Shown one piece after another: positions 18,043 to 27,217 of a stretch of DNA of 64,000 nt (position 1 is its first letter; each line of letters begins with the position of its first letter). Location: contig NZ_JALTON010000016.1 in assembly GCF_027000115.1 (NCBI RefSeq), positions 2,118-66,117 of the forward strand, written 5' to 3'. Origin of the DNA: Thiohalobacter sp. (GTDB lineage Bacteria; Pseudomonadota; Gammaproteobacteria; Thiohalobacterales; Thiohalobacteraceae). The position numbers and the translations under genes are program-made. The notes under the pieces were generated by a model. That model worked only from the letters and a program-made list of their open reading frames with translations. It was not told the DNA's origin and did not search any database.

Positions 18043-18967
18043 GGCTAGTGGAGCACCCTGTAAACGACCTCAGCACAAGCGGGACTGCCCGCAAACCGAT
18101 ACCGACTGACTACAGCAGACTGGCATACCCGATCCTATCATAAAAACCACACCTTTTCGGACGCTGCGCCGCATCCAAACATCACATCCTGTTCCACAGG
18201 GCCGCCGCATGATATTGACTGGAGAAGCCCGGCACTTCATTGATCTTGGAGCGCGATCCAGCGGTCCCGAAACCAGTCTGGATATTCAACGAGGCCACCC
18301 CGCTACCCTCACCGGGCACTGCGGATGGTCGCGGATTGTCGCTCGGGCTTCGGGGACTTCACTCAAGCCGCCGCGGCGGCTACGGCTCGAGTGCCAGCAC
18401 CAGGGTACCCGAATAGCGAGTGAGCGGAATCCGGGGCTACACCATGCCCGCACGCCCGGGCTCCTGACGCACTATGCGGCCAGACCACACCTTATATAAT
18501 ACAACCCGCCAGTTCGGAGGATTGTCTGTCGATAATCCTTACGACCCGCAACCGCCACCAAGACAGCGATGCGCCACCCACTAACCTATTGTAGAGAAAG
18601 CTGGAAACCATGATCTGCGCTCGACGTCCAACATCTCGCCGGCCGAAAAGAACCTGCTGACACCCGCCACAAATGTCGACATACTTGACATTGACCTTTG
18701 GCAATGAACGACGCACAAGCTCGCCACCCAGCCCCGATCCCCGACATATATCTTCGTTTTCAAAGGGATAAAGTGGGGCGCCATCATTCTCTCCTAAAAC
18801 TGGCCCGCTACTTGCATCGTGTTCAGGCGCTTGCGCCCCCCGCCAGATCTTCCGAGATTGCATTACGGCGCGGAGGGGCCTTCGCAAAACCGATGAAACG
18901 CTCCGGTATCCTGCTTCCGCGGTTCCGGAGAAACAAAACTTGAGGAAACTTGCGAGGAGTTACCATC

Positions 18968-19537
18968 ATGATGAAAAAGACCATTCTGGCTGGCGCGATT
19001 GCTGCTGCCATGGGCACCTCCGCTGCCAACGCTGCCGTAACCTCCATCAGCATCACCCAGATGGTGTTCGGAAACACGTATGCTGCGACCGGCTCCATCG
19101 ACATTGCCAATGGTTCCGGCGTGTTCACCTCGGTCGATCCCTTCTACAGCAACCACTGGACTGCGACCGTGCAGACGGTGTTCAGCAGCAGCGGCACCTG
19201 GGCCGGCACCTCGCCGCAGGGCGCCTTCAGCTACCAGTTCACCGTGGACACCACCGCTGGTGACGTGGCTGCCGTCGGCACCTACTTCGACTGGGCCACC
19301 AACCTCGGTATTCCGGTCCTGACCGTGTTCAATTGTGGCGCCGGCAACGTCGGTGATGCCTGCACCGGCCTGAGCCTCCCCATGGCTACGCTGCCTTTCC
19401 CCGGCCAGCAGCCCACTTTCAACGGTGTGGTTGCCGCTGCCAGCAGCCCGGTCCCGGTTCCGGCAGCCGTCTGGCTGATGGGATCCGGCCTGGTCGGCCT
19501 GGTGGGCGTGGCACGCCGCCGCCGTCGCGCTGCCTGA
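18968..19537 (+). CDS. small secreted protein with exosortase-type C-terminal sorting tag; N-terminal domain paralogous to 31307..32719
   Basis: Start at the ATG at 18968, 8 nt after GAGGAG. Signal peptide MMKKTILAGAIAAAMGTSAANA. C-terminus SPVPVPAAVWLMGSGLVGLVGVARRRRRAA. Confidence 0.85.
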   Translation: MMKKTILAGAIAAAMGTSAANAAVTSISITQMVFGNTYAATGSIDIANGSGVFTSVDPFYSNHWTATVQTVFSSSGTWAGTSPQGAFSYQFTVDTTAGDVAAVGTYFDWATNLGIPVLTVFNCGAGNVGDACTGLSLPMATLPFPGQQPTFNGVVAAASSPVPVPAAVWLMGSGLVGLVGVARRRRRAA

Positions 19538-19580
19538 GGCACGCGGCCAACAACCTGACGCAGTCTCCGGACTGCGGAAA

Positions 19581-19607
19581 ACGGGCGCTCAGGCGCCCGT
19601 TTTTTTT
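19581..19607 (+). terminator. Rho-independent terminator
   Basis: acgggcgc-tcag-gcgcccgt stem-loop followed by a T7 run. Confidence 0.75.
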
Positions 19608-19629
19608 GTTTTCTGGTAAATTACAGACA

Positions 19630-21429
19630 ATGACGACAGTTAACAGCGATTCCAGCTCCAGCGCGGCCCGTCACCTGGCTACCCTGGTTGCGGAGGGCCG
19701 CTTCGACGAGGCCATCCCCCTCATGCAGGAAAGCTGCCGGGCCATGCCGGGTAATGCTCGGGCCCACTATGCCCTGGGCTGTGCGCTCGCCAAGGTCGGC
19801 CGGCCCCAAGAAGCCGTTGACAGTCTTCGGACCAGCATTCGATTGAACCCGTCGAATCCCGAACCCCGAATGGCACTGGCAACCATCCTGCTACAAACAG
19901 GCAATATCGACGACGCCGAGAAAATTCTCAGGGAACTGCTTGAACAGACGCCGGACCACGTGGGGGCGCACCTGGCACTGGCGGAAATGGCGCTTGACCG
20001 AAGAGCCATGGATGCCGCGAAAAAACATTTTGAAGCCGTTCTCATCCAGCGCCCGCGAACGGGGAGGGCATTGCGCGGCCTTGCTCGAATCGAGCGCGGA
20101 CGCGGAAATTTCACCGCGGCCCAGCGTCATATAGAGCGTTGGCTGGAATTGGAGCCAGACTCTGCTGACGCCCTAGCCGCCATGGGGCACGTCATCACCG
20201 CACAAGCCACCGAGGGTTGCGTCGGTACACCCGTCGACGCCGAACCCTGGTTCCGGCGCGCCCTGGAACAGGTACCCGACCATATCGACGCCACTGCACA
20301 GCTCGCGCGGATCCTTGAGTTCAAGGGACATTTCGAAGAGGCCTACGAACTGCTCCAGCCACTGTTGGAGAATGATTCGCCGCCCGCCAGTATCGCGACG
20401 ATCTTTGCTCGGCTGTGCCACCGGGTCGGCCGCTGCGAAGAGGCCGTTGCCTACCTAGAGAAGGCTCTGGCCAGGGTCGGCAGTGCCAAAGACGCCGTCG
20501 CTCAAATTCACTTTGCCCTGGGGAGCGTTCTGGATCGCCTCGATCGTTACGATGAGGCCTTCGCACACTATGCTGAAGCCAACCGTCAGGCAACCCGCCA
20601 GCTGTACGATTCCACGAGCCATGCCAACTGGATCACCGAGATCATCGAGACACATTCGCGTGCCCTGCTGGGCCGATACCCGAGCGCGCGCAACCGGGAT
20701 GAGCGTCCCATCTTCATCGTCGGCATGCCGCGCTCCGGCACCAGCCTGGTGGAACAGATCCTGGCCAGCCATCCCGGGGTCGCCGCGGGCGGGGAACTCA
20801 TGCTCCTGAACGGCCTGGTGCAACAGGCCCAGATGCTGGACCCGGAAGAGGCGCCCTTTCCCCGGTTCATGGAGCGCCTGCCGGCAGAACGGCTCGACCA
20901 GATGGCGACGGCCTTCCTGGCCCACCTCGACGAGATCGGCGGCGATTGCTCCCGGGTCACCGACAAGATGCCCCACAATTTCTACTTTCTGGGACTCATC
21001 GAAAAGGCCTTCCCCGGAGCGCGCATCATCCACTGCCGGCGCGACCCCCGGGATACTTGCCTGTCGATCTTCTTCCAGAACTTCAATGAAGGGCATCCCT
21101 ATGCCCATGACCTGTTCACCATCGGCACCCACTACCACCAGTACCGCCGGCTCATGGACCACTGGCGCAATGTGCTCTCCCTGCCCATGCTCGAGATTTC
21201 CTATGAAGCGCTGGTCCGGGAACCCGAGGCCACGATCCGCGGGCTGCTCGAATTCTGCGGCCTGCCCTGGCACGATGCCTGCCTGGCCTTTCATGAAAGC
21301 CGCCGCCGGGTAAACACGGCGAGCTACGACCAGGTGCGCCGCCCCCTCTACACCCGTTCCGTGGACCGCTGGCGCCACTATGAGGCCCATCTCGCGCCCC
21401 TGCTGGAAGGACTGGAAAGAGGCTACTGA
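19630..21429 (+). CDS. TPR repeat-containing sulfotransferase (paralog 2)
   Basis: Start placed at the ATG at 19630 because the 19606 start overlaps the terminator. TPR array, then RPIFIVGMPRSGTSLVEQILASHPGVAAGGEL, IHCRRDPRDTCLSIFFQNF, TASYDQVRRPLYTRSVDRWRHY. Confidence 0.85.
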   Translation: MTTVNSDSSSSAARHLATLVAEGRFDEAIPLMQESCRAMPGNARAHYALGCALAKVGRPQEAVDSLRTSIRLNPSNPEPRMALATILLQTGNIDDAEKILRELLEQTPDHVGAHLALAEMALDRRAMDAAKKHFEAVLIQRPRTGRALRGLARIERGRGNFTAAQRHIERWLELEPDSADALAAMGHVITAQATEGCVGTPVDAEPWFRRALEQVPDHIDATAQLARILEFKGHFEEAYELLQPLLENDSPPASIATIFARLCHRVGRCEEAVAYLEKALARVGSAKDAVAQIHFALGSVLDRLDRYDEAFAHYAEANRQATRQLYDSTSHANWITEIIETHSRALLGRYPSARNRDERPIFIVGMPRSGTSLVEQILASHPGVAAGGELMLLNGLVQQAQMLDPEEAPFPRFMERLPAERLDQMATAFLAHLDEIGGDCSRVTDKMPHNFYFLGLIEKAFPGARIIHCRRDPRDTCLSIFFQNFNEGHPYAHDLFTIGTHYHQYRRLMDHWRNVLSLPMLEISYEALVREPEATIRGLLEFCGLPWHDACLAFHESRRRVNTASYDQVRRPLYTRSVDRWRHYEAHLAPLLEGLERGY

Positions 21430-21432
21430 GAC

Positions 21433-23394
21433 ATGAAGGCGCCCCCGAAAAAGGCACAGGAACTGTTCCGCAAGGCAACCGCGGCCCTGGAGCAGGGCAA
21501 CCCCAGGGACGCGCTGGCGCAGTTCGAGAAAATCGAGAAAATCTGGGAAAGGAACCCGGACATCTGTTACCTCAAGGGCCTGGCGCTGGGCCGCCTGGGC
21601 CGCATACACGAAGTGGCGGAGGTGTCGCGCGAGGGCCTGAAACTGGCGCCCGACCACCACGGCTGCCTGTGCAATCTGGCCAATGCCCAGATGACCCTGC
21701 AGGAGACGGAAGCGGCGCTTGGCAATTACGAGCGGGCGCTGGCCCTCAAACCCGGCGATCCCAACCTGCTCAACAACTACGCGCGCGCGCTCGCACTGCT
21801 GGGACGCCGCGACGAGGCGGTCGAAATCTACCGGCGCGTGGTCCAGACGGCGCCGAACTATGCGCCCGCCCATGTCTCGCTGGGCCGGGCCCATTACGCC
21901 GCCGGCCAGCTCGCGCAGGCAGCGCAAGCCTTCTTCCGCGCCTTGCGCCTCGACCCCCGCCAGTACGAGGCGCATCTCGGCCTGGGGCGGCTGCTGGAAA
22001 ACCAGGGCGGCCTCGAGCCTTCGCGCCGCCACTACGAACAGGCGCTGAAGCTCTTTCCCGATTGCATCGACGCCCGGGTGGGGCTCGCCACCCTGTGCCG
22101 TTACGAGGGGGATTTCGAACGCGCCATGACCTATCTCGAAGAGGCGGCGGAACGCGCAGGCGCGGACAACCCTTCCCTGCTCGCCGGCAAGGCCAATCTG
22201 CTCGAATACTGGGGCAAGCGCGAGGAGGCCCACGCCATCGTCACCGCCCTGGCCGAGCGCGGGCAGCTCACGCCCACTGCGGTCACCGTCCATGCCCGGC
22301 TCTGCCACCACTTCGATGACTGCGACAGGGCCGAGGCACATTTGAAGGATATGCTGGCGGCCCCGGCCACCGATGAGGCGGAACGCTACTCGCTGTACTT
22401 CGCGGCAGGCAGCATGATGGACAGGCAGGGTCGCTACCCGGAGGCCTTCGAGTACTACCGCAAAGGCAACGAGGCGGTGAACATCCGTTGCGACCGCGCC
22501 CGCTTCACGGCCCACGTGGACGCCCTCATCGAGACCTTTTCCAGGGAGAATCTGGCGCATTTCGCACGCGCGGAAACGGGCAGCGACCGCCCCATATTCA
22601 TCGTCGGCATGCCGCGTTCCGGCACCTCGCTCACCGAGCAGATCCTGGCCAGCCACCCCGAGGTTGCGGGCGGCGGCGAGCTGGACACCCTGGCCCGGGT
22701 CGCCAACATGCTGGCCGACACGCCCTCCGCGCCCTTCGGCGAGAACAGCCCGCTGACGGGCGACGCCTACCTGAAACGGCTTCCCGCAGCGGGCAGCCTG
22801 CGGCTGACCGAGCTGGCCTCGAAATACCTCGACCATCTGGACGGCATCGACGCCTCGGCCCGCCATGTCACGGACAAGATGCCGCACAATTTCCTGCGCC
22901 TGGGCCTGATCCAGTTGCTCTTTCCCGAGGCCAGGATCATCCACTGCCGGCGCAATCCCCTGGACACCTGCCTGTCCATCTATTTCCAGCAGTTCATCTG
23001 GAGCCACGACTATGCCTGGGACCTGTCGGACCTGGGCTTCCACTACAGCGAGTACTGGCGCCTCATGCAGCACTGGGAACGGACCCTGGACATCCCCATC
23101 CTCACCATCGACTACGAGGACATGGTCGCGGACCAGGCGGCCGCGTCGCGCAGGCTCCTGGAGTTCTGCGGCCTGGAGTGGCGCGAGGACGTGCTGGAGT
23201 TCCACCGCAGCGAGCGGGCGGTCACGACCGCGAGCTACGACCAGGTCCGGCGCCCCATCTACAAGAGTTCACGGGAGCGCTGGCGCAACTACGCGGACTG
23301 CCTCGCGCCCCTGGTCGAGGCCCTGTCCGACGAGGTGCGGGCGCGCATTCCGGGGCTCGAAGCCGTCCCCGCGGCGCGGCATCAGGCGCCCTGA
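21433..23394 (+). CDS. TPR repeat-containing sulfotransferase (paralog 3)
   Basis: 653 aa, starting 4 nt after paralog 2. TPR array, then RPIFIVGMPRSGTSLTEQILASHPEVAGGGEL, IHCRRNPLDTCLSIYFQQF, TASYDQVRRPIYKSSRERWRNY. Confidence 0.85.
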   Translation: MKAPPKKAQELFRKATAALEQGNPRDALAQFEKIEKIWERNPDICYLKGLALGRLGRIHEVAEVSREGLKLAPDHHGCLCNLANAQMTLQETEAALGNYERALALKPGDPNLLNNYARALALLGRRDEAVEIYRRVVQTAPNYAPAHVSLGRAHYAAGQLAQAAQAFFRALRLDPRQYEAHLGLGRLLENQGGLEPSRRHYEQALKLFPDCIDARVGLATLCRYEGDFERAMTYLEEAAERAGADNPSLLAGKANLLEYWGKREEAHAIVTALAERGQLTPTAVTVHARLCHHFDDCDRAEAHLKDMLAAPATDEAERYSLYFAAGSMMDRQGRYPEAFEYYRKGNEAVNIRCDRARFTAHVDALIETFSRENLAHFARAETGSDRPIFIVGMPRSGTSLTEQILASHPEVAGGGELDTLARVANMLADTPSAPFGENSPLTGDAYLKRLPAAGSLRLTELASKYLDHLDGIDASARHVTDKMPHNFLRLGLIQLLFPEARIIHCRRNPLDTCLSIYFQQFIWSHDYAWDLSDLGFHYSEYWRLMQHWERTLDIPILTIDYEDMVADQAAASRRLLEFCGLEWREDVLEFHRSERAVTTASYDQVRRPIYKSSRERWRNYADCLAPLVEALSDEVRARIPGLEAVPAARHQAP

Positions 23395-25274
23395 TCCCGG
23401 CACCAGGCCTGCCAGCGCGCCCGCCAGGCCTGCTCTATCCCCCGCGCCAGCCGTGCCGCATCACACAGCGGGGACCGCAGCAGCGCATCGCGCAGTCCGG
23501 CGCGCAGCCCGGCCAGCCTCTCCGTACCCGTCCCGGCCAGCTCCGCGGCAATGGCGACGTAGCGCGCGGGATCGTCCGCCACCCATTCCGGCCGCCCGAT
23601 GGCGGCCAGCAGCGAGGCGCCCACCCGGCTGCGGTGGACCCGGCCGGCCAGGCTCACCACCGGAACCCCCATGAGCAGGGCCTCGCAGGTGGTGGTGGTA
23701 CCGTTGTAGGGAAAGGTATCCAGGGCGATGTCCAGGCGCCGGTAGAGCGCCAGGTGCGCCTGGCGTCCCGGCGTGTGTCCCAGCAGCTCCAGCCGCGCGG
23801 TTTCGATGCCACGACCCCGGAACCGCGCCTCGACCATGGCCCGGACCTCCGGATCGGTGAGCGCGGGGCTCTTCAGCAGCAGGCGCGAACCCGGGACGGC
23901 CGCGAGCAGGTCCGCCCAGGCGGCGACCACCGACGGACCGACCTTGGACAGGTTGTTGAACGAACCGAAGGTGACAAAGCCGTTGTCGGCCGCCGGTGGC
24001 GGCGACGGGTCCGGCACCTCCCGGGGGGGCCGATAGGCGAGGAAGGGTGCCGGAACGCGGACCAGTTCTTCCGTGCACCAGCGTTCGCTGCCGGGCGGAT
24101 CCGTGATCTCGTCGACGATCCGGCCGTCGATCGCGGGCAGCCCCGTGGTATTGGGGTAGCCGAGGTAGGTGAACTGCAGCGGCGCGGGGCGCAGCGCGAA
24201 CACGGGCAGGCTGTTGTGCGCGGTGTGGCCGGCGAGATCGACCAGGATGTCGATGCCGTCGGCCGCCACGCGTCCGGCGAGGGCAGACGGGGCCTCGCCC
24301 GCGCAGGCCCGCCAGTGGTCCGCCGCGGCCCTCAGCGCCTGGCTCACGGCATCCTCCCTCGGCGAGGTGGAGTAGCAGAAGATCTCAAATCCGCCCCGGT
24401 CGTGCGCCTCCAGCAATCCCTGGAGGAAACTGGCCACGGAATGGGCCCTGAGGTCCGGCGACAGGTACCCGATCCGCAGCCTGCGGTCCGGGTCGGGCGC
24501 ACGGGGCGGGCAGAGGGGGCCGCCCGAGGCCGACGCCAGCCGTTCGCCCCATGTCCGGTGGGCCTGCAACAGCTCGGCCTCGTCCAGCCCCTCGAGGTAA
24601 TTGAGCGCCAGCAGGTAGCCCGAATGCGCCGGTGCCGCGGGCGGCAGCGTCCGGCAGGCCTCGCGGTGCAGCTCGACGGCCTCGCCGGCGTGCCCCAGCA
24701 CCAGCAGGGCGGAGGCCAGTCCGCTCTGCACCGGCAGCCGGGGATCCCGCCGTCTCGCCTCCTGGTAGGCGGCCACCGCCCGCGAGGGGTAGCCGCGTGC
24801 GCTCTCGACCGCGGCCAGGTTGGCCCACAGGCGCGCCTCCCCCGGCGTGGCGGACACCGCGCGCCGGTAGACCTGCTCCGCCTCGTCCAGTTCGTTGCGG
24901 GCGATCAGGATCTGTCCCAGCAGGTCCAGGCCCTCGCCGTGGGCCGGAGCCACCGACAGCGCCTCGCGAACGGCGCCCAGCGCCTCGTCCGTCGCGCCGC
25001 AACGCCAGAGCACGCGCGCCACGTTGGTCTTCAGCGCGGGCTCGGCCGCCCCGGCCGCAAGCGCACGCCGGGCATGGCGCAGCGCCTCGGCACGGTTCCC
25101 CAGCTCGGCCTCCACGTGCGCGAGCAGCCCCCAGGCAAGCGCCGGCGGCCGGGCGCCGCGAACCAGCCGTTGCAGGAGTACGCGGGCCTCCACGAAAGCG
25201 CCGCCCGCGACCAGCTCGCGCGCCTTCTGCAGCCTGGCACCGGCCTTGGCGGCCCCCGGACGGACCCCGTTCAT
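23382..25274 (-). CDS. TPR repeat-containing GT41-type glycosyltransferase (O-GlcNAc transferase / SPINDLY-like)
   Basis: Start at MNGVRPGAAK (25274). TPR array, then RIGYLSPDLRAHSVASFLQGLLEAHDRGGFEIFCYS, FGSFNNLSKVGPSVVAAWADLL, LDTFPYNGTTTTCEALLMGVPVVSL, the typical COG3914/GT41 catalytic region. The 3-prime end overlaps the convergent gene by 13 nt. Confidence 0.8.
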   Translation of the reverse strand: MNGVRPGAAKAGARLQKARELVAGGAFVEARVLLQRLVRGARPPALAWGLLAHVEAELGNRAEALRHARRALAAGAAEPALKTNVARVLWRCGATDEALGAVREALSVAPAHGEGLDLLGQILIARNELDEAEQVYRRAVSATPGEARLWANLAAVESARGYPSRAVAAYQEARRRDPRLPVQSGLASALLVLGHAGEAVELHREACRTLPPAAPAHSGYLLALNYLEGLDEAELLQAHRTWGERLASASGGPLCPPRAPDPDRRLRIGYLSPDLRAHSVASFLQGLLEAHDRGGFEIFCYSTSPREDAVSQALRAAADHWRACAGEAPSALAGRVAADGIDILVDLAGHTAHNSLPVFALRPAPLQFTYLGYPNTTGLPAIDGRIVDEITDPPGSERWCTEELVRVPAPFLAYRPPREVPDPSPPPAADNGFVTFGSFNNLSKVGPSVVAAWADLLAAVPGSRLLLKSPALTDPEVRAMVEARFRGRGIETARLELLGHTPGRQAHLALYRRLDIALDTFPYNGTTTTCEALLMGVPVVSLAGRVHRSRVGASLLAAIGRPEWVADDPARYVAIAAELAGTGTERLAGLRAGLRDALLRSPLCDAARLARGIEQAWRARWQAWCRDQGA

Positions 25275-25584
25275 GCTGCCCCCGCCGCCGGCGCTTTGCA
25301 GCTCCCAGCCATCCCGTACCCGACTTCGAGCACCAGTGCCCGGCCCGGGTCGCGCAGTGGAACGTCCGGACCGGTTCCAGAACGGTATCGGGCGACGCGC
25401 GAAAAGTTGCCAGCGCGTCCGGGCAGCGGAATAATGGGCCTGCCCCCCCTCTGCCGGCGGGCACCACGGATGGCGACGGGTCTGCGCCCGGGCGGGAGAC
25501 AGAACCTCTGGCAGGTCGGCCACCGATGGCGCTGCCTGCCGCTGTTTTCATGAACACCTGACATAACGAGAAGACGAACCTACC

Positions 25585-27165
25585 ATGGTCAAGCGCATAA
25601 CAATAGTGGGTGGGGGATCGGCGGGCTGGATGACGGCCGCGCACCTGGCGCAGACGCTGCCCGGGGTCGAGATCACCCTGGTCGAATCACCGAACGTCCC
25701 CATCATCGGCGTCGGCGAATCCACCGTGCCGCCCATCGTCGATTTCATGGCCAGCCTGGGGCTCAAGGAACAGGACTGGATGCCGGCCTGCAAGGCCACC
25801 TACAAGAGCTCCATCTGCTTCCGCAACTTCCATGGTACCGACGGCAAGACCATGTGGTTCCCCTTTTCCGGGACCTGGTCCGTTGCCGGACGGCCCGCCG
25901 CGCAGCACTGGCTCTATCGATATTTCACCGATCCGGCCTTCAACGATCGCTTTTCCATCTACGACTATTGCACCCTGGTCCCCGAAATCTGCCGGCAGGG
26001 CAAGACGGTGCGCTCCCTCCCCAATGCCACCTACGCCTATCACCTGGATGCGATCGCGCTGGGCGAACGACTCAAGGTCCATGCCAAGGGCAAGGGCGTG
26101 AAACACGTCCAGGCGCTGATCACCCAGGTCACCCGGCGCGAGGACGGCGCGATCGACCGGCTGGAACTGGACAACGGCGAGGCCCTGACCGCGGACCTGT
26201 TCGTCGACTGCTCCGGCTTCCGCTCCATGCTGCTTGCCGGCACCCTCGAGGAGCCCTTCGAGTACTACACGGATGCCCTGTTCAACGACAAGGCCATCGC
26301 CCTGCGCCTGCCCTTCGACCCGGAACGCCGGGAGGCGGAGATGGTTTCCTACACCCTCTGCACGGCCCTGTCTTCCGGCTGGGTCTGGACCATCCCCCTG
26401 TACAATCGTCTGGGCACGGGGTATGTCTACAGCAGCCGCCACCTCGAGCCCGACCAGGCCGAAACCGAGTTCCGCGGATTCCTGAAAGAACTCCTGGGCG
26501 ACGACCGTGCCGACGGGCTGGAGGCCAAGCACCTGGATATCCGGGTCGGCAAGCATCGGCGCACCTGGGTGAAGAACTGCGTCGCGATCGGACTGTCGGC
26601 CGGCTTCGTGGAGCCGCTGGAATCCACCGGGCTGCAGATCGTCCAGAGCCAGGTCCACCTGCTCGCCGAGACGCTGCGCGCCCGCGGCGGCTTCAACATC
26701 GCTGACGTCAACATCTACAACAAGAGCATCCGCGACCTCCTCGACAGCATCAAGGACTTCCTCGTGTGTCACTATGCGCTGACCGAGCGCGAGGACACCC
26801 CTTACTGGAAGGACGTCAAGTACACCACCGAGATCTCCGACGCGCTTGCCGAGAAGCTCACCCTGGCTCGCAGTGTGCTGCCCGCACCCGGCAACCTGCA
26901 GCGCTTCGATACCGGGGGCGCACTCGCGGGCTTCGGGTTCAACGACGGCTGGTACTACATCCTGGTGGGCATGGGCCACCTGCCCTTCGCAGTCGGGAAG
27001 CAGCGGGAGATGGGCGTCGGCATCTTCGATGCCGTGTTCCAGAAACACGCGGCGGAAGCACAGCAGATGGCGGACCGGCTCAAGGCCGAGCATCCCAGGA
27101 TCGGGCAGCTCCCGAGCCATTACCGGTTCCTGCGTGACAACATCTACGGGGGCGCGGAGGAATAG
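25585..27165 (+). CDS. flavin-dependent halogenase (tryptophan halogenase family)
   Basis: 526 aa. FAD motif ITIVGGGSAGWMTA, family motif SGWVWTIPLYNRLGTGYVY (WxWxIP), conserved Lys context ACKATYKSSICF. Confidence 0.85.
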   Translation: MVKRITIVGGGSAGWMTAAHLAQTLPGVEITLVESPNVPIIGVGESTVPPIVDFMASLGLKEQDWMPACKATYKSSICFRNFHGTDGKTMWFPFSGTWSVAGRPAAQHWLYRYFTDPAFNDRFSIYDYCTLVPEICRQGKTVRSLPNATYAYHLDAIALGERLKVHAKGKGVKHVQALITQVTRREDGAIDRLELDNGEALTADLFVDCSGFRSMLLAGTLEEPFEYYTDALFNDKAIALRLPFDPERREAEMVSYTLCTALSSGWVWTIPLYNRLGTGYVYSSRHLEPDQAETEFRGFLKELLGDDRADGLEAKHLDIRVGKHRRTWVKNCVAIGLSAGFVEPLESTGLQIVQSQVHLLAETLRARGGFNIADVNIYNKSIRDLLDSIKDFLVCHYALTEREDTPYWKDVKYTTEISDALAEKLTLARSVLPAPGNLQRFDTGGALAGFGFNDGWYYILVGMGHLPFAVGKQREMGVGIFDAVFQKHAAEAQQMADRLKAEHPRIGQLPSHYRFLRDNIYGGAEE

Positions 27166-27217
27166 CACCGCCGGGGCTCTCCGGCGCGCGCGTTCCAGGA
27201 TTCCGGGTTCTGTCGGT

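Noticed and set aside
12675-18950. The low-GC insert as a prophage or integrative element.
   Set aside because: No integrase, transposase, phage structural genes, tRNA attachment site or flanking direct repeats were found. The only evidence is the compositional shift, so it is reported merely as a probable laterally acquired module.
20455-23205. Very long ORFs in the track: 916 aa on the minus strand here, plus 22488..25553 (+, 1021 aa), 52729..54855 (-, 708 aa), 3845..5713 (+, 622 aa), 34970..36793 (-, 607 aa), 57630..59348 (-, 572 aa), 25687..27168 (-), 26846..28594 (+) and 46..1041 (+).
   Set aside because: Each lies antisense or out of frame to a gene with clear family motifs. Their translations are Arg/Gly/Ala/Pro-rich low-complexity sequence, typical of stop-codon-poor shadow frames in high-GC DNA, and show no motifs.
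23382-23394. 13-nt convergent overlap between sulfotransferase paralog 3 and the GT41 gene as a regulatory or antisense feature.
   Set aside because: Short convergent 3-prime overlaps are common in compact high-GC genomes. Nothing else supports a specific function.
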